A stretch of DNA of 64,000 nucleotides from Anaeromyxobacteraceae bacterium. GTDB lineage: Bacteria > Myxococcota > Myxococcia > Myxococcales > Anaeromyxobacteraceae. Both the position numbers and the translations under genes were made by a program. The notes beneath the pieces were generated by a model, which did no database searches, had not been told where the DNA came from, and was given only the letters and a program-made list of their open reading frames with translations. The stretch covers positions 448,001 to 512,000 of the forward strand of contig JAULAX010000017.1 of assembly GCA_032654565.1 (NCBI GenBank). Direction: 5' to 3'. Positions 11,903 to 23,466 of this stretch are shown here, one piece after another. Within the stretch, counting starts at the first letter, position 1; each line of letters opens with the position of its first letter.

Positions 11903-12340
11903 CTACTCCGCGGCCTTCTTGGTCTTGGCCTTCGTGGTCTTGGCCTTGGGGCCCTTGGCGTCGCCCTCGGGCTCGGCCTCCGGGGTCCGATCGACCAGCT
12001 CGATCACCGACATCTCGGCGTTGTCGCCGGCCCGGCGCCCCACCTTGATGATGCGGGTGTAGCCGCCCGGGCGGGTCTTGAAGCGCTCGGCCACGGGGCC
12101 GAACAGCTTCACCAGCACCTCGACGTCCTTGATGTCGCGGTTGAGGAGCCGGCGGGCGTGGGGGGTGGCGCGCTTGGCCATGCTGATCGCCTTGTCGGCG
12201 ATCCGCTTCAGCTCCTTGGCCTTGGGCGTGGTGGTGACGATCTTCTCGTGACGGATCAGCGAGGTCACCATGTTCTTGAACATGGCCGTCCGGTGCTCGG
12301 TGGTGCGATCGAGGCGGCGGCCGACAATCCGATGCTTCAT
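11903..12340 (-). CDS. rplQ: 50S ribosomal protein L17
   Basis: [18 protein letters not shown]. Confidence 0.98.
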   Translation of the reverse strand: MKHRIVGRRLDRTTEHRTAMFKNMVTSLIRHEKIVTTTPKAKELKRIADKAISMAKRATPHARRLLNRDIKDVEVLVKLFGPVAERFKTRPGGYTRIIKVGRRAGDNAEMSVIELVDRTPEAEPEGDAKGPKAKTTKAKTKKAAE

Positions 12341-12367
12341 CTGGTTCTTCCTTTCGGACCCGAGGCC

Positions 12368-13387
12368 CTAGACCTTCGGCGCGACCGGGGCGGTCTTCGG
12401 CGGCCAGTTCTCGAGCTTCATCCCGAGCGAGAGGCCCATCTCGGCGAGGATTTCCTTGATTTCCTTCAGCGACTTCCGGCCGAAGTTCTTGGTCTTCAGC
12501 ATCTCGGCCTCGGTCTTCTGCACCAGGTCGCCGATGGTCTTGATGTTGGCGTTCTGGAGGCAGTTGGCGCTGCGGACCGAGAGCTCCAGCTCGTCCACCG
12601 AGCGGAAGAGGTTCTCGTTGAGCTTGTGCTCCTCCACCGGCTTCACCTCCTCGACGGGCTCTTCGGTCTCGTCGAAGTTGATGAAGATGGAGAGCTGCTC
12701 CTTGATGATCTTGGCGGCGAAGGCCACGGCGTCGGCCGGGGTCACCGAGCCGTCGGTCCAGACCTCCAGGGTCAGCTTGTCGTAGTCGGTCTGCTGGCCG
12801 ACGCGGGCGTTGGTGACCTGGTAGTTGACCTTGCGGATGGGGCTGAAGAGGGCGTCGATGGGGATGGTGCCGAGCGGGGCGCCGGGGACCTTGTTCTTGT
12901 CCGCCGACACGTAGCTGCGGCCGCGGCGGGCGGTCATCTCCATCCGGACCCGGCCACCCTCGCTGATGGTGAGGATGTGGTGCCCGGGGTTGAGCACCTC
13001 GACCTGGCCGTCGGCGATGATGTCGCCGGCCTTGATCTCCTTGGGGCCGTCCGCCTCGATCCGGATCGTCTTCACCTCGTTGGTGTGGATCTGGAGCAGG
13101 ACCTCCTTGAGGTTGAGGATGATGTCGGTGACGTCCTCGGCGACCTCGGGGATGGTCATGAACTCGTGCTCCACCCCCTCGACCTTGATCGAGGTGATGG
13201 CGGCGCCCTGCAGGCTCGAGAGGAGCACGCGGCGCAGGGTGTTGCCGAGCGTGATGCCGAAGCCGCGCTCGAGCGGCTCGGCCACGAACTTGCCGTAGGT
13301 GTTGGAGAGGGACTCCTGGTCGATGGTCAAGCCGCGGGGCTTGATGAGATCGCGCCAGTTCCTGGTGGTGATCGCGTCGGACGCCAT
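12368..13387 (-). CDS. rpoA: RNA polymerase alpha subunit
   Basis: [34 protein letters not shown]; start at MASDAIT. Confidence 0.98.
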   Translation of the reverse strand: MASDAITTRNWRDLIKPRGLTIDQESLSNTYGKFVAEPLERGFGITLGNTLRRVLLSSLQGAAITSIKVEGVEHEFMTIPEVAEDVTDIILNLKEVLLQIHTNEVKTIRIEADGPKEIKAGDIIADGQVEVLNPGHHILTISEGGRVRMEMTARRGRSYVSADKNKVPGAPLGTIPIDALFSPIRKVNYQVTNARVGQQTDYDKLTLEVWTDGSVTPADAVAFAAKIIKEQLSIFINFDETEEPVEEVKPVEEHKLNENLFRSVDELELSVRSANCLQNANIKTIGDLVQKTEAEMLKTKNFGRKSLKEIKEILAEMGLSLGMKLENWPPKTAPVAPKV

Positions 13388-13520
13388 GGGCTGTCTCCTC
13401 TGCCGCCGCCCCCTCCCCGGCACCGCCCAGCCTGGCGGTTCGGGGCACCGTGGGACGCGCGGCCGTTGACGGCGCGGGGCCGGCCTGCGCCGGACCCACG
13501 TCGTGTTGGAACGGCTGCTG

Positions 13521-14147
13521 CTACTTCGAGTACAGCTCGACGATCAGCTGCTCCTGGATGGGCATGGTGATGTCCTCGCGCGCCGGCGAGGTCTTCACGG
13601 TGCCCTTCTGGGCGGCCTTGTCCAGCTCGAGCCACGCCGGCACGCCGCGGCGGTCCACCGCCTCGAGCGCCTCGACGATGCGCGCCACCTTCTTGGAGCG
13701 CTCCTTCAGCTCCACCACGTCGCCGACCCGGCAGACGTAGCTGGCGATGTTGACCTTGCGGCCGTTCACCCTGAAGTGGCCGTGGCGGACCAGCTGCCGG
13801 GCCTCGTTGCGGGTGTCGGCGAAGCCCATGCGGAAGACCACGTTGTCGAGCCGGAGCTCGAGGGCCTGCAGCAGGTTCTCGCCGGTCTTGCCCTTGGAGG
13901 CGGCGGCGTTGGCGTAGGCGTGCCGGAAGCCGGCCTCGAGGAGGCCGTACATCCGCTTCACCTTCTGCTTCTCGCGGAGCTGGACGCCGTACTCGGAGAA
14001 CTTGACGCGCCCCTGGCCGTGCTGGCCGGGCGGGTACGGGCGGCGCTCGATGGCGCACTTGTCCGTGTAGCAGCGGTCGCCCTTGAGGTACATCTTGAGA
14101 TTTTCCCGGCGGCAAAGCCGGCAGACGCTTTCACAGTAACGGGCCAC
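13521..14147 (-). CDS. rpsD: 30S ribosomal protein S4 (Zn-binding C+ type)
   Basis: [23 protein letters not shown]. Confidence 0.98.
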   Translation of the reverse strand: MARYCESVCRLCRRENLKMYLKGDRCYTDKCAIERRPYPPGQHGQGRVKFSEYGVQLREKQKVKRMYGLLEAGFRHAYANAAASKGKTGENLLQALELRLDNVVFRMGFADTRNEARQLVRHGHFRVNGRKVNIASYVCRVGDVVELKERSKKVARIVEALEAVDRRGVPAWLELDKAAQKGTVKTSPAREDITMPIQEQLIVELYSK

Positions 14148-14160
14148 GGTGTTCTCCTGA

Positions 14161-14673
14161 TCAGACGCGACGGCGCTTGGGCGGCCGGCAGCCGTTGTGC
14201 GGGATCGGGGTGACGTCCCGGATGAGCGAGATCTTGAGGCCGGCGGCGGCCAGCGCGCGGAGCGCCGACTCGCGACCGGCGCCCGGACCGGTCACCACCA
14301 CCGAGACGCTCTTCAGGCCGTGCTCCATGGCCTTGGCGGCGGCGTCACCGGCGGCGACCTGCGCGGCGAACGGGGTCGACTTGCGCGACCCCTTGAAACC
14401 ACGAGCCCCGGCGCTGGACCAGGAGATGACGTTCCCGGTGGCATCGGTGATGGTGATCATGGTGTTGTTGAAGCTGGCGGCGATGTGCACGATGCCGCTG
14501 GCGATGTTCTTCTTGACCCGCTTCTTCCCCTTCTTCGGGGTCACGGGTGAGGCGGTGATGGGCTCGATGCCGCCCAGGTTCGGGACCGAGGGGATGCTCT
14601 CCTCGGCCTTGGGCGCCGCGGCCACTTCCGGCTTCTTGGCGGGCTTCTCGGTCGTCTGCTTCTCGTCGGCCAC
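14161..14673 (-). CDS. rpsK: 30S ribosomal protein S11 with an N-terminal extension
   Basis: [37 protein letters not shown]. Confidence 0.97.
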   Translation of the reverse strand: MADEKQTTEKPAKKPEVAAAPKAEESIPSVPNLGGIEPITASPVTPKKGKKRVKKNIASGIVHIAASFNNTMITITDATGNVISWSSAGARGFKGSRKSTPFAAQVAAGDAAAKAMEHGLKSVSVVVTGPGAGRESALRALAAAGLKISLIRDVTPIPHNGCRPPKRRRV

Positions 14674-14703
14674 TCGTCGTTCTCCGATGATTGAAAGGCG
14701 CTG

Positions 14704-15093
14704 CTACTTCGGCGCCGGCGCCGCGGTGGGGGCCTTGCGGACCAGCCCCTTCTTCGGGCCCTTGCGCGTGCGGGCGTTGGTGTGGGTGCGCTGGCCGCGG
14801 ACTGGCAGCCCCTTGCGGTGACGAAGGCCGCGGTAGCAGCCGAGGTCCATGAGCCGCTTGATGTTCATCGAGATCTCGCGGCGGAGGTCGCCCTCCACCT
14901 TGAGCGACTGCTCGATGGCCTCGCGGATGCGCCGGACCTCGTCGTCGGTCAGGTCCTTGGTGCGGGTGGTGACGTCGACCTTGGCGCGGTCGCAGAGCGC
15001 CGCCGCCGTGGTCCGACCGATCCCGTAGATGTACTGCAGGCTGACCTCGATCCGCTTTTCGCGGGGCAGGTCGACGCCGGAGATGCGAGCCAT
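14704..15093 (-). CDS. rpsM: 30S ribosomal protein S13
   Basis: [28 protein letters not shown]. Confidence 0.98.
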   Translation of the reverse strand: MARISGVDLPREKRIEVSLQYIYGIGRTTAAALCDRAKVDVTTRTKDLTDDEVRRIREAIEQSLKVEGDLRREISMNIKRLMDLGCYRGLRHRKGLPVRGQRTHTNARTRKGPKKGLVRKAPTAAPAPK

Positions 15094-15119
15094 TCTTCTA
15101 ACTCCAGTCTGGCGCCGGG

Positions 15120-15236
15120 CTAACCCTGGCGCTGCTTGTGACGGGGGTTGGCCGGGCAGATGATCCGCACGGTGCCCTTGCGCTTGATGACCTTGCACTT
15201 GTCGCAAATCTTCTTGACCGACGCGCGGACCTTCAT
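15120..15236 (-). CDS. rpmJ: 50S ribosomal protein L36
   Basis: [14 protein letters not shown]…HKQRQG. Confidence 0.97.
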   Translation of the reverse strand: MKVRASVKKICDKCKVIKRKGTVRIICPANPRHKQRQG

Positions 15237-15400
15237 GACCGACGCCTCCCTGGACTGCGCCATCGAAAGACGAAAAGCCCCGCCGCAGCTTCCGGCGAGA
15301 CCGGTGGTGAGAGCCTCCGCGCCCTCGACACCAAACCACCCGATATTCTCCGGGATTTCCCGGACGAGCCGCATCCTTCACGCGGCTTTGCGGAGGCGGC

Positions 15401-15429
15401 TCTTTAACACAGGGTTTTTTCAGGTGCAA
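15401..15429 (-). promoter_or_regulatory. Putative internal promoter for the rpmJ-alpha operon
   Basis: TTGCAC-N17-TAAAGA in an AT-rich patch. Confidence 0.45.
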
Positions 15430-15464
15430 GCGACGGCCTTGAACCAGGAATCAACCCACGCTTC

Positions 15465-16271
15465 TCAGCTCACTCCTCCGCCCGCCCCCGGACCGGTCGA
15501 CGGCGGCAAGGTCAGGATTTCCGGACCATTTTCGGTGACGAGCACCGTGTGCTCGAAATGTGCGGAGAGTCGGCCGTCGACGGTGAACGCGGTCCACCCA
15601 TCCTCCCGGGTGTCGACCTCGCAGCGCCCGGCGTTGACCATGGGCTCGATGGCCAGGGCCATCCCGGCCCGCAGGCGCGGCCCCGTTCCGGGGGTGCCGA
15701 AGTTGGGGATCTGGGGCGGCTCGTGGAGCCGGCGGCCGATGCCGTGGCCGACGAAGTCGCGCACCACCGAGAACCCCTCGGCCTCGACGCGGCGTTGCAC
15801 CGCGGCCCCCAGGTCCCCCACCCGCCGCTCCGGCCGGGCCTCGTCGATGGCCGCCGCCAGGGCGTCCCGGGTGGTCTGGAGCAGCCGCAGGGCCTCCTCG
15901 CTCACCGCGCCGACCGGCACGGTGACGGCGGCGTCGCCGTAGAAGCCGTCGAGCACCACGCCGAAGTCGAGGCCGACCAGGTCGCCCTCGCGGAGCACCC
16001 GCCGCGACGAGGGGATGCCGTGCACCACCTCCTCGTTCACCGAGGCGCACAGCGAGGCCGGGTAGCCGTGGTAGCCCTTGAAGGCCGGCTCGGCGCCGCG
16101 CCGGCGCGCCCCCGCCTCGGCCAGCCTGTCGAGCTCCAGCGTGGTCACCCCGGGGGCCACGGCCGCGCGCAGCTCGGCCAGCACCTCGGCCACCACCCGG
16201 CAGGCGGCCCGCAGCCGCACGATCTCGTCGGGCGACTTCACGACGATCCGCTCGTCCGAGTGGGAGTACAT
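15465..16271 (-). CDS. map: Methionine aminopeptidase type I
   Basis: SVNEEVVHGIP, GHGIG…HEPP, AIEPM, SAHFEHT. Confidence 0.97.
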   Translation of the reverse strand: MYSHSDERIVVKSPDEIVRLRAACRVVAEVLAELRAAVAPGVTTLELDRLAEAGARRRGAEPAFKGYHGYPASLCASVNEEVVHGIPSSRRVLREGDLVGLDFGVVLDGFYGDAAVTVPVGAVSEEALRLLQTTRDALAAAIDEARPERRVGDLGAAVQRRVEAEGFSVVRDFVGHGIGRRLHEPPQIPNFGTPGTGPRLRAGMALAIEPMVNAGRCEVDTREDGWTAFTVDGRLSAHFEHTVLVTENGPEILTLPPSTGPGAGGGVS

Positions 16272-16289
16272 GAACTGGTGGTGAAGTCC

Positions 16290-16934
16290 CTACCGGGCCA
16301 GGCGGCGGCGGGTCTCGGCGAGGATGGCGTCGGGGGCCCCGAGCCCGTCCAGCTCGACGACCTGGCCGCGGGCGGCGTAGTAGGCCTTGAGCGGCGCCGT
16401 CTTGGCGGCGTACTCCTGCATGCGGGTCCGGACCTTCTCCGGCTTGTCGTCCTCGCGCTGCACCAGCGCCACGCCGTCCTTGTCGCAGGCGCCGGCGGCG
16501 CGGGGCGGGTTCTGGGTGACGTGGTAGACGGCGCCGCAGGCCGGGCAGGAGCGCCGGCCGCCGATGCGCTCCACCAGGGCGTCCTCGGAGACCTCGTAGG
16601 AGAGCGCCGCGCCCACGCTGCGACCCAGCCTGGCCAGCAGGCCGTCGAGGTGCCCGGCCTGCCCCACGGTGCGGGGGTAGCCGTCGAGGATGCAGCCGGG
16701 CGCCACGTCGGGGCGGGCCAGCCGCTCGTCGACCATGGCGTTGGTGATGTCGTCGGTGACCAGCCCGCCGGCGTCCATGATGGCCTGGACCTGCTTGCCG
16801 AGCTCCGTTCCGCGGGCCTTCTGGTCGCGGAACATGTCGCCGGTGGAGATGTGGGGGATGGAGAGGGCCGAGGCCAGCAGCTTGGCCTGCGTGCCCTTCC
16901 CGGCGCCGGGCGGCCCGAGCAGGATCAGGATCAC
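16290..16934 (-). CDS. adk: Adenylate kinase
   Basis: GPPGAGKGTQA, LDGYPR, Zn LID. Confidence 0.98.
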   Translation of the reverse strand: MILILLGPPGAGKGTQAKLLASALSIPHISTGDMFRDQKARGTELGKQVQAIMDAGGLVTDDITNAMVDERLARPDVAPGCILDGYPRTVGQAGHLDGLLARLGRSVGAALSYEVSEDALVERIGGRRSCPACGAVYHVTQNPPRAAGACDKDGVALVQREDDKPEKVRTRMQEYAAKTAPLKAYYAARGQVVELDGLGAPDAILAETRRRLAR

Positions 16935-16983
16935 GTGGACTCCCTGGTGATGCCGCCGGTGCCCGGGAGCGGGCCCGGCCGGA

Positions 16984-18318
16984 TCAGGCGCTGGCGGGCT
17001 GGTCGGCCCCGAGGCGGCGGCCGCGGATGCGGGGGCCGCGTGGACCGGTGAACCCCTCGTAGTGCCGGGTGATGAGGTGCCCCTCGATCTGCTGGACGGT
17101 GTCGAGGGCCACGCCGACCACGATGAGCAGCGAGGTGCCGCCGAAGTAGAAGGTGACGCCGAACTCGTTGGTGATGATGGTCGGCAGCACGCAGATGGCC
17201 GCCAGGTACATGGCCCCGCCGAAGGTGATACGCGACAGGACGTGGTCGATGTAGGTGGCGGTGTTCTTGCCCGGCCGGATGCCCGGGATGTAGCCGCCGT
17301 TCTTCTTCAGGTTGTCGGCCACGTCGACCGGGTTGAAGGTCACCGCCGTGTAGAAGTAGGCGAAGAAGATGATCAGCCCGACGTAGATGACGTTGTAGAT
17401 CCAGGTGCCCGGCGAGAGGGCCGCCTGCAGCGCCCCCAGGAAGGGGAACCAGCCGGCCAGGGTGGCCGGGAAGAGCAGCAGCGAGCTGGCGAAGATGGGC
17501 GGGATGACGCCGGAGGTGTTGACCTTGAGCGGCAGGTGCGTCGACTGGCCGCCGTAGGCCTTCCGGCCCACCACCCGCTTGGCGTACTGGATGGGGATGC
17601 GGCGCTGGCCGCGCTCCACGAAGACGATGACGCCGATCACCACCATCATGACGATGGCGAGGATCAGCAGGCCGAGCTCGCTGACCTGCGACCCGGGGGC
17701 CCGGTAGGCCATGAAGGTCTCGTAGGCCGCGGCCGGGACGCGGGCCACGATGCCGGCGAAGATCACCAGCGAGATGCCGTTGCCGATGCCCCGCTCGGTG
17801 ATCTGCTCGCCCATCCACATGATGAAGGCGGTGCCGGCGGCCAGCGACACCATGGTCATGAGGCGGAAGCCCCAGCCCGGCTCGGCGACCACCGAGAGGC
17901 CGGTGGAGTCGCGAAGCGTCTCCAGGTAGGTGGAGATGCCGTAGCCCTGGATGGCCGAGAGCACCACCGTGCCGTAGCGGGTGTACTGGGTGATCTTGCG
18001 CCGCCCCAGCTCCCCTTCCTTCTGCAGCTTCTCCAGGGCCGGGACCACCACCGTGAGCAGCTGGAGGATGATCGAGGCGGAGACGTACGGCATGATGCCG
18101 AGGGCGAAGATGGAGAGCTGCTCCAGGGCGCCGCCGGAGAAGAAGTTGAGGAGGCCGAGCAGGCTGCCCTGCGAGACCACCCGGCGCATGGCGATGCGAT
18201 CGACGCCCGGGGTGGTCACGAAGATGCCGAGCCGGTAGACGGCCAGCATCCCCAGCGAGAAGAGGAGCCGCTTCCGCAGCTCTGGAATGCGGAAGATGTT
18301 GGTCAGCCCGCTTGCCAT
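16984..18318 (-). CDS. secY: Preprotein translocase SecY
   Basis: [35 protein letters not shown]. Confidence 0.98.
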   Translation of the reverse strand: MASGLTNIFRIPELRKRLLFSLGMLAVYRLGIFVTTPGVDRIAMRRVVSQGSLLGLLNFFSGGALEQLSIFALGIMPYVSASIILQLLTVVVPALEKLQKEGELGRRKITQYTRYGTVVLSAIQGYGISTYLETLRDSTGLSVVAEPGWGFRLMTMVSLAAGTAFIMWMGEQITERGIGNGISLVIFAGIVARVPAAAYETFMAYRAPGSQVSELGLLILAIVMMVVIGVIVFVERGQRRIPIQYAKRVVGRKAYGGQSTHLPLKVNTSGVIPPIFASSLLLFPATLAGWFPFLGALQAALSPGTWIYNVIYVGLIIFFAYFYTAVTFNPVDVADNLKKNGGYIPGIRPGKNTATYIDHVLSRITFGGAMYLAAICVLPTIITNEFGVTFYFGGTSLLIVVGVALDTVQQIEGHLITRHYEGFTGPRGPRIRGRRLGADQPASA

Positions 18319-18346
18319 TTCGGATCCCCTGTCCCCGGCCCCGGTG

Positions 18347-18844
18347 CTAGGCCTTGGCCTTGGCGGCCTTCTTCTCGGCCTTGGACTTCTCGTGCTTGGT
18401 CACCGGCGCCGGCACCAGCTCCACGGTGCCGCCGGCCTTCTCGATGATGGCGCGCGCGCCGGCGGTGACCCGCTCGACCTTGACGGTGACCTTGCTGGTC
18501 AGCTCGCCGCCGCCCAGCACCACCACGCCGTCGAACCGGCCGCGGACCAGCTTGGCGGCCTTGAGGGCCGCCTCGTCGACGACCCCGGTGAGCCCCTGCA
18601 GCGAGCCGACCTGGACCTCGGCGTACTCGCGCCGGAAGACGTTGGTGAACCCGAACTTGGGCAGGCGACGCTGCAGCGGCATCTGGCCGCCTTCGAAGCC
18701 TTCGAAGCGCATGTTGCCGGTGCGGGCCTTCTGGCCCTTGGCGCCGCGGCCGGCGGTCTTGCCGAGGCCGGAGCCCTGGCCACGACCCACGCGCTTGCGG
18801 ACCTTGGTGGCGCCCTTGGGCACCTTCAGCGAATTGAGGGACAT
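18347..18844 (-). CDS. rplO: 50S ribosomal protein L15
   Basis: [25 protein letters not shown]. Confidence 0.97.
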   Translation of the reverse strand: MSLNSLKVPKGATKVRKRVGRGQGSGLGKTAGRGAKGQKARTGNMRFEGFEGGQMPLQRRLPKFGFTNVFRREYAEVQVGSLQGLTGVVDEAALKAAKLVRGRFDGVVVLGGGELTSKVTVKVERVTAGARAIIEKAGGTVELVPAPVTKHEKSKAEKKAAKAKA

Positions 18845-18873
18845 GAGGGTTCTCCTTCTAGCACGGGGCCGCG

Positions 18874-19107
18874 CTACGAGCGCGCCGCCGCCTTCTTGCG
18901 GGCCTTGCGGCCGGCGGGGGTGGGCGCGTCGATGCGCTCCCACTCGACCAGGTAGGACACCTTGGAGATCATCCCCAGGGTCTGGGGGTTGTCGGGCAGG
19001 ACCTTGAACGAGTCGGTCTTCTTGAGGCCGAGCCCGACGATGGTGGCCCGGTGGTCAGCCGAGATGCCAGACAGACCGTGGACCAGCGTCACCTTGATGG
19101 CAGCCAT
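18874..19107 (-). CDS. rpmD: 50S ribosomal protein L30
   Basis: IKVTLVHG…GLGLKK…[10 protein letters not shown], position in spc operon. Confidence 0.92.
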   Translation of the reverse strand: MAAIKVTLVHGLSGISADHRATIVGLGLKKTDSFKVLPDNPQTLGMISKVSYLVEWERIDAPTPAGRKARKKAAARS

Positions 19108-19116
19108 GGTGGTCTC

Positions 19117-19620
19117 CTAGCCCTGGATCTCGGCGAGGGTCTTGCCGCGCCGCTTGGCGGTGTCTTCGGCGGTGCGGAGCCGCTTCAGGCCGGCCACGGT
19201 GGCCTTGAGGACGTTGTGGGGGTTGCGCGAGCCCTGGCACTTGGTGAGGACGTTGCGGACGCCCGCCGCCTCGAGGACGGCGCGGACGGCGCCGCCGGCG
19301 ATGACGCCGGTGCCCTCGCCGGCCGGCTTGAGCAGCACCCAGCCGGCGCCGAAGTGACCGAGCACCTCGTGGGGGATGGTGGTGCCGGCCAGCGGCACCT
19401 TGAAGAGGTGCTTCTTGGCCTGGTCCCCGCCCTTGCGGATGGCCTCGGGGACCTCGTTGGCCTTGCCCAGGCCGACGCCGACGTGGCCCTGGCCGTCGCC
19501 GACGACGATCAGCGCCGAGAAGCTGAAGCGCCGGCCGCCCTTGACGACCTTGGCGACCCGGTTGATGTGGACGACGCGATCCGAGAGGTCGAGGTCGTTG
19601 GCGTTGATTGGAGTGGTCAT
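19117..19620 (-). CDS. rpsE: 30S ribosomal protein S5
   Basis: [15 protein letters not shown]. Confidence 0.98.
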   Translation of the reverse strand: MTTPINANDLDLSDRVVHINRVAKVVKGGRRFSFSALIVVGDGQGHVGVGLGKANEVPEAIRKGGDQAKKHLFKVPLAGTTIPHEVLGHFGAGWVLLKPAGEGTGVIAGGAVRAVLEAAGVRNVLTKCQGSRNPHNVLKATVAGLKRLRTAEDTAKRRGKTLAEIQG

Positions 19621-19647
19621 GTTTCCTGATCCTTTGGTGGCGGGCGC

Positions 19648-20007
19648 CTAGAACAGCAGCCCGCCCTCGCGCGCGCCGGCGGCAATGGCCGCGACGCGGC
19701 CGTGGTAGTCGAAGCCGTTGCGGTCGAAGACCACGGCGGTGATCCCCTTGGCCAGGGCGGCCTTGGCCAGCGCCGTGCCGACCTTCTTGGCGGCGGCGGT
19801 CTTGTCGTCCTCGGAGACCTCGCCCTTGAGCGCCTTGGTGGTGGAGCCGATGCTGACCAGGGTGGTCCCGGCCACGTCGTCCACCAGCTGGGCGTACATG
19901 TGCTTGAGGCTCCGGTAGACGGTCAGGCGCGGGCGCGCCGCGGTGCCGGAGATCTTCCTGCGGATGCGAGCCTTGCGCTTCTCGCGCGACGTCACCTTCT
20001 GTGCCAT
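19648..20007 (-). CDS. rplR: 50S ribosomal protein L18
   Basis: [23 protein letters not shown]. Confidence 0.98.
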   Translation of the reverse strand: MAQKVTSREKRKARIRRKISGTAARPRLTVYRSLKHMYAQLVDDVAGTTLVSIGSTTKALKGEVSEDDKTAAAKKVGTALAKAALAKGITAVVFDRNGFDYHGRVAAIAAGAREGGLLF

Positions 20008-20066
20008 CTGTACTCCTCCGTGCGGCGGCGACGGTGCAGCCGCCGCATGAGTGGTGGGGGCGAGGC

Positions 20067-20609
20067 TTACGCCGCGCCGGTCTTGCCTTCCTTGCGACGG
20101 ACGATCTCTTCCGCGTACTTGATGCCCTTGCCCTTGTACGGCTCGGGCGGGCGCAGGGCGCGGATCTTGGCGGCGGTGAGGCCGAGCAGGTGCTTGTCGA
20201 CCCCCTTGATGGTCACCTTGGTCTGCTTGGGGTCGACCTCGGCGGTGACGCCCTCGGGGAGCTTGAAGACCACCGGGTGCGAGAAGCCGAGGATGAAGTT
20301 GATCTCCTTCCCCTTGCTCTCCGCCTTGAAGCCGACGCCGCTGATCTCCAGCACGCGCTCGTAGCCCTTGGTGACGCCGTCGATGGCGTTGCGCACCAGG
20401 GTGCGGGTCAGGCCGTGCAGGCCCTTGGCCAGGCGGCTCTCGTCGGGGCGGGACACCCTGACCTCGGCGCCGACCACCTCGACCTTCATCACCGTGTTGA
20501 TGGCCAGGGACATCTTGCCCTTGGGCCCCTCGACCTTGACGGTCGTGCCGGTGACGGAGACCTTGACCTTCTCGGGAATCTTGACTGGCAGCTTGCCGAT
20601 GCGGGACAT
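20067..20609 (-). CDS. rplF: 50S ribosomal protein L6
   Basis: MSRIGKLP, RPPEPYKGKGI. Confidence 0.98.
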   Translation of the reverse strand: MSRIGKLPVKIPEKVKVSVTGTTVKVEGPKGKMSLAINTVMKVEVVGAEVRVSRPDESRLAKGLHGLTRTLVRNAIDGVTKGYERVLEISGVGFKAESKGKEINFILGFSHPVVFKLPEGVTAEVDPKQTKVTIKGVDKHLLGLTAAKIRALRPPEPYKGKGIKYAEEIVRRKEGKTGAA

Positions 20610-20619
20610 GTCGGCTCCC

Positions 20620-21018
20620 TTACCAAACCGTGCAGATCAGCTCGCCGCCGAGCTTCTGCTTGCGAGCCTCGCGGTCGACCATCAGGCCCTTGCTGGTGGA
20701 CAGGATGGCGACGCCGAGGCCGTTGAGGACGCGAGGGATCTCGTCGTTGGCCACGTAGCGACGCAGGCCGGGCTTGCTGACCCGCTTGATGTCGCTGATG
20801 GCCGGCTCGCGGTCCGGGCCGTACTTCAGGATGACGGTGATGGTCCCCTGGACGCCATCCTCGTGCTTGAGGAAGTCCTGGATGAAGCCCTCGCCTTTGA
20901 GGACCTCCGCCAGGCGCAGCTTCAGGCCCGAGGCCGGGAACAACACCTTCTCATGACGTGCCGACGAGGCGTTTCGGATACGCGTCAGCATGTCGCCAAT
21001 GGGATCGGTAAAGCTCAT
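20620..21018 (-). CDS. rpsH: 30S ribosomal protein S8
   Basis: [19 protein letters not shown]. Confidence 0.98.
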   Translation of the reverse strand: MSFTDPIGDMLTRIRNASSARHEKVLFPASGLKLRLAEVLKGEGFIQDFLKHEDGVQGTITVILKYGPDREPAISDIKRVSKPGLRRYVANDEIPRVLNGLGVAILSTSKGLMVDREARKQKLGGELICTVW

Positions 21019-21030
21019 CGACGGTCTCCC

Positions 21031-21216
21031 TTACCAGCTCGACTTGATGACGCCGGTGATCTCGCCCTGCAGCGCACGCTTGCGGAAGCAGAGCCGGCAC
21101 ATCTGAAACTTACGGAGGAAGGCGCGCGGCCGGCCGCAGAGCGGGCAGCGGTTGTACTGGCGCACCTTGAACTTCAGCTTGCGCTTGGCCTGCGCCATCT
21201 TGGAAAGCTTGGCCAT
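21031..21216 (-). CDS. rpsN: 30S ribosomal protein S14 type Z (Zn)
   Basis: RCPLCGRPR…MCRLCFR…KSSW, 61 aa. Confidence 0.97.
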   Translation of the reverse strand: MAKLSKMAQAKRKLKFKVRQYNRCPLCGRPRAFLRKFQMCRLCFRKRALQGEITGVIKSSW

Positions 21217-21238
21217 GGTGGTCTCCTGGTCCTGGGGC

Positions 21239-21781
21239 TTAGGTGCGGAACGGCATGCCGAGGAAGCGGAGCAAGGCGCGCCCCCCCTCGTCGTCACGGG
21301 CGGTCGTCACCACGGTGATGTTCAGCCCCTTGATCTTCTCGACCTGGTCGTAATTGATCTCGGGGAAGATGATCTGCTCGCGGATGCCGAGGGTGTAGTT
21401 GCCCTTGCCGTCGAAGGCCTTGGGCGACACGCCCTTGAAGTCACGGACGCGCGGCAGCGCGATGGAGACCAGGCGGTCGAAGAACTCGTACATCCGGTCG
21501 CCGCGCAGGGTGACCATGGCGCCGATGCTCTGGCCCTGGCGCAGCTTGAAGTTGGCGATCGACTTGCGGGCCTTGGTGACCACCGGCTTCTGGCCGGCGA
21601 TGGCGGCCAGCTGGGCCACCGAGGCGTCGATGATCTTGCCGTTGTTGATGGCCTCGCCCAGCCCCATGTTCACCACGATCTTCTCGAGGCGGGGGGCCTG
21701 CATGGGGTTGGCGTACCCGAACTCCTTCATCAGGGCGGGCCGCACTTCCTTCTCGTACCGCTCCTTCAAGCGTGAAGCCAT
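21239..21781 (-). CDS. rplE: 50S ribosomal protein L5
   Basis: [20 protein letters not shown]. Confidence 0.98.
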   Translation of the reverse strand: MASRLKERYEKEVRPALMKEFGYANPMQAPRLEKIVVNMGLGEAINNGKIIDASVAQLAAIAGQKPVVTKARKSIANFKLRQGQSIGAMVTLRGDRMYEFFDRLVSIALPRVRDFKGVSPKAFDGKGNYTLGIREQIIFPEINYDQVEKIKGLNITVVTTARDDEGGRALLRFLGMPFRT

Positions 21782-21842
21782 GTCGTCTCTCCTCGGGCCT
21801 TCGGCCGGCGCCTGCTCGATGCCGGGCGATGCGTGGGACTGC

Positions 21843-22157
21843 TTACCTGGCCGCCAGCCGCTTGGCGAGGCGGGCCTTTTCCTTGGCCCCGAGCTCCCGG
21901 GCCAGCTTCTCGAGGCGCACCGGCTTGTCGCCGGCCACCACCATGACGTTGGAGATGGCGATGGTGCCCGCCTTCTCGACGATGCCGCCCTCCGGGTTGG
22001 CCTGGCTGCGGCCCTTCCGGACGTGGCGCTTCACCGTCATGAGCTTCTCGACGCGCACCCGGCCCTCCTCGCGGAGGACCTCGAGCACGGTCCCGGACTT
22101 CCCCTTCTCCTTGCCGGCGATCACCTTGACGGTGTCGCCCTTGCGGATGACGGGCAT
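21843..22157 (-). CDS. rplX: 50S ribosomal protein L24
   Basis: [15 protein letters not shown]; shortened, divergent C-terminus. Confidence 0.95.
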   Translation of the reverse strand: MPVIRKGDTVKVIAGKEKGKSGTVLEVLREEGRVRVEKLMTVKRHVRKGRSQANPEGGIVEKAGTIAISNVMVVAGDKPVRLEKLARELGAKEKARLAKRLAAR

Positions 22158-22159
22158 GG

Positions 22160-22528
22160 TTACAGGACCTCCGGCGCCAGGCTGATGATCTTCATGAACT
22201 TGCGGGCGCGCAGCTCGCGGGCCACCGGCCCGAAGATGCGGGTGCCGACCGGCTCCAGGTCCTTGTTGATGAGGACCGCGCTGTTGCCGTCGAAGCGGAT
22301 GTAGCTCCCGTCCGGGCGCTTCACCTCGCGGGCGGTGCGGACGATGACGGCGCGAGCCACCTCGCCCTTCTTCACCTTGGCCTGCGGGATGGCCTCACGG
22401 ACCGACACCACGATGACGTCGCCGAGCGAAGCGTAGCGACGCTTCGACCCGCCGAGCACCTTGATGCACATCACCTTCTTGGCGCCGGAGTTGTCGGCCA
22501 CGTCGAGGATCGTCTGCATCTGGATCAT
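22160..22528 (-). CDS. rplN: 50S ribosomal protein L14
   Basis: [20 protein letters not shown]. Confidence 0.98.
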   Translation of the reverse strand: MIQMQTILDVADNSGAKKVMCIKVLGGSKRRYASLGDVIVVSVREAIPQAKVKKGEVARAVIVRTAREVKRPDGSYIRFDGNSAVLINKDLEPVGTRIFGPVARELRARKFMKIISLAPEVL

Positions 22529-22530
22529 GG

Positions 22531-22800
22531 CTACACCTCCGTCGCCTTCTCGATGATCTCGACGACCCGCCAGTGCTTGTCCTTGGACATGGGCCGGGTC
22601 TCGACCATCCGGACCTTGTCGCCCGGGCGGCACTCCTGGTTTTCGTCGTGGGCCTTGAACTTCTTGGCCTGGGTGACGATCTTCCCGTACTTCCGGTCCG
22701 GCACGCGACGCTCCACCTTGACGACCACCGTCTTGGTCATCTTGTTGGAGAGCACCACGCCGACCCGGGACTTCCGGTTTCCGCGCTCCATGTCCGTCAC
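22531..22800 (-). CDS. rpsQ: 30S ribosomal protein S17
   Basis: [25 protein letters not shown]. Start may be ATG 22791. Confidence 0.96.
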   Translation of the reverse strand: MTDMERGNRKSRVGVVLSNKMTKTVVVKVERRVPDRKYGKIVTQAKKFKAHDENQECRPGDKVRMVETRPMSKDKHWRVVEIIEKATEV

Positions 22801-23015
22801 TCCTTCGCCTTCCGGCCCTTGGCCGGGAGGTCCTTGGCGCGCGCCACCGTCAGGCAGCGGGCCACCTCGCGGCGGGTCTTGGTCAGCTCGGCGGTCGAGT
22901 CGAGCACGCCCGTCGACGCCTTGTTCTTGAGCTGAAAGAGGTTCTTCTTGAGCTCGGCCGCGCGTGCGACCAGCTCCTCCTTCGACAGCTCTCCGAGTTC
23001 CTTCACAGTAGCCAT
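22797..23015 (-). CDS. rpmC: 50S ribosomal protein L29
   Basis: [18 protein letters not shown]; position. Confidence 0.93.
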   Translation of the reverse strand: MATVKELGELSKEELVARAAELKKNLFQLKNKASTGVLDSTAELTKTRREVARCLTVARAKDLPAKGRKAKE

Positions 23016-23028
23016 GACGTCCCCTCTC

Positions 23029-23445
23029 CTAGAGCGTCGCGCCGCGCTTGACGAGCTTGGTCGACACCGGGAGCTTGTGGGCCGCCAGGCCGAACGCCTT
23101 CTTGGCGGTGGCGTCGTCGCAGCCTTCCATCTCGTAGAGCATGCGCCCCGGCTTCACGACGGCGACGTAGTACTCCACGTTCCCCTTGCCGGTGCCCATG
23201 CGGGTCTCGGCGGCCTTCTTGGTGATGGGCTTGTCCGGGAAGACCCGGATCCAGAGCTTGCCACCGCGCTTCACGTAGCGGGTGATGGCGACGCGAGCCG
23301 CCTCGATCTGGCGGGCGGTCAGGTAGCCGCACTCGGTGGCCTGCAGGCCGTACTCGCCCTGGGCGAGGTCCGAGCCGCGGTAGGCCTTGCCCCGCATGCG
23401 GCCCTTCATCATCTTCCGGTACTTGGTACGAGCAGGCTGAAGCAT
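23029..23445 (-). CDS. rplP: 50S ribosomal protein L16
   Basis: [25 protein letters not shown]. Confidence 0.98.
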   Translation of the reverse strand: MLQPARTKYRKMMKGRMRGKAYRGSDLAQGEYGLQATECGYLTARQIEAARVAITRYVKRGGKLWIRVFPDKPITKKAAETRMGTGKGNVEYYVAVVKPGRMLYEMEGCDDATAKKAFGLAAHKLPVSTKLVKRGATL

Positions 23446-23466
23446 GTCCCTCTCCTGTCCTTCGCC

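Noticed and set aside
15237..15464. infA pseudogene or SRP RNA
   Set aside because: The translations I examined show no IF-1 similarity, and the SRP domain IV motif is absent.
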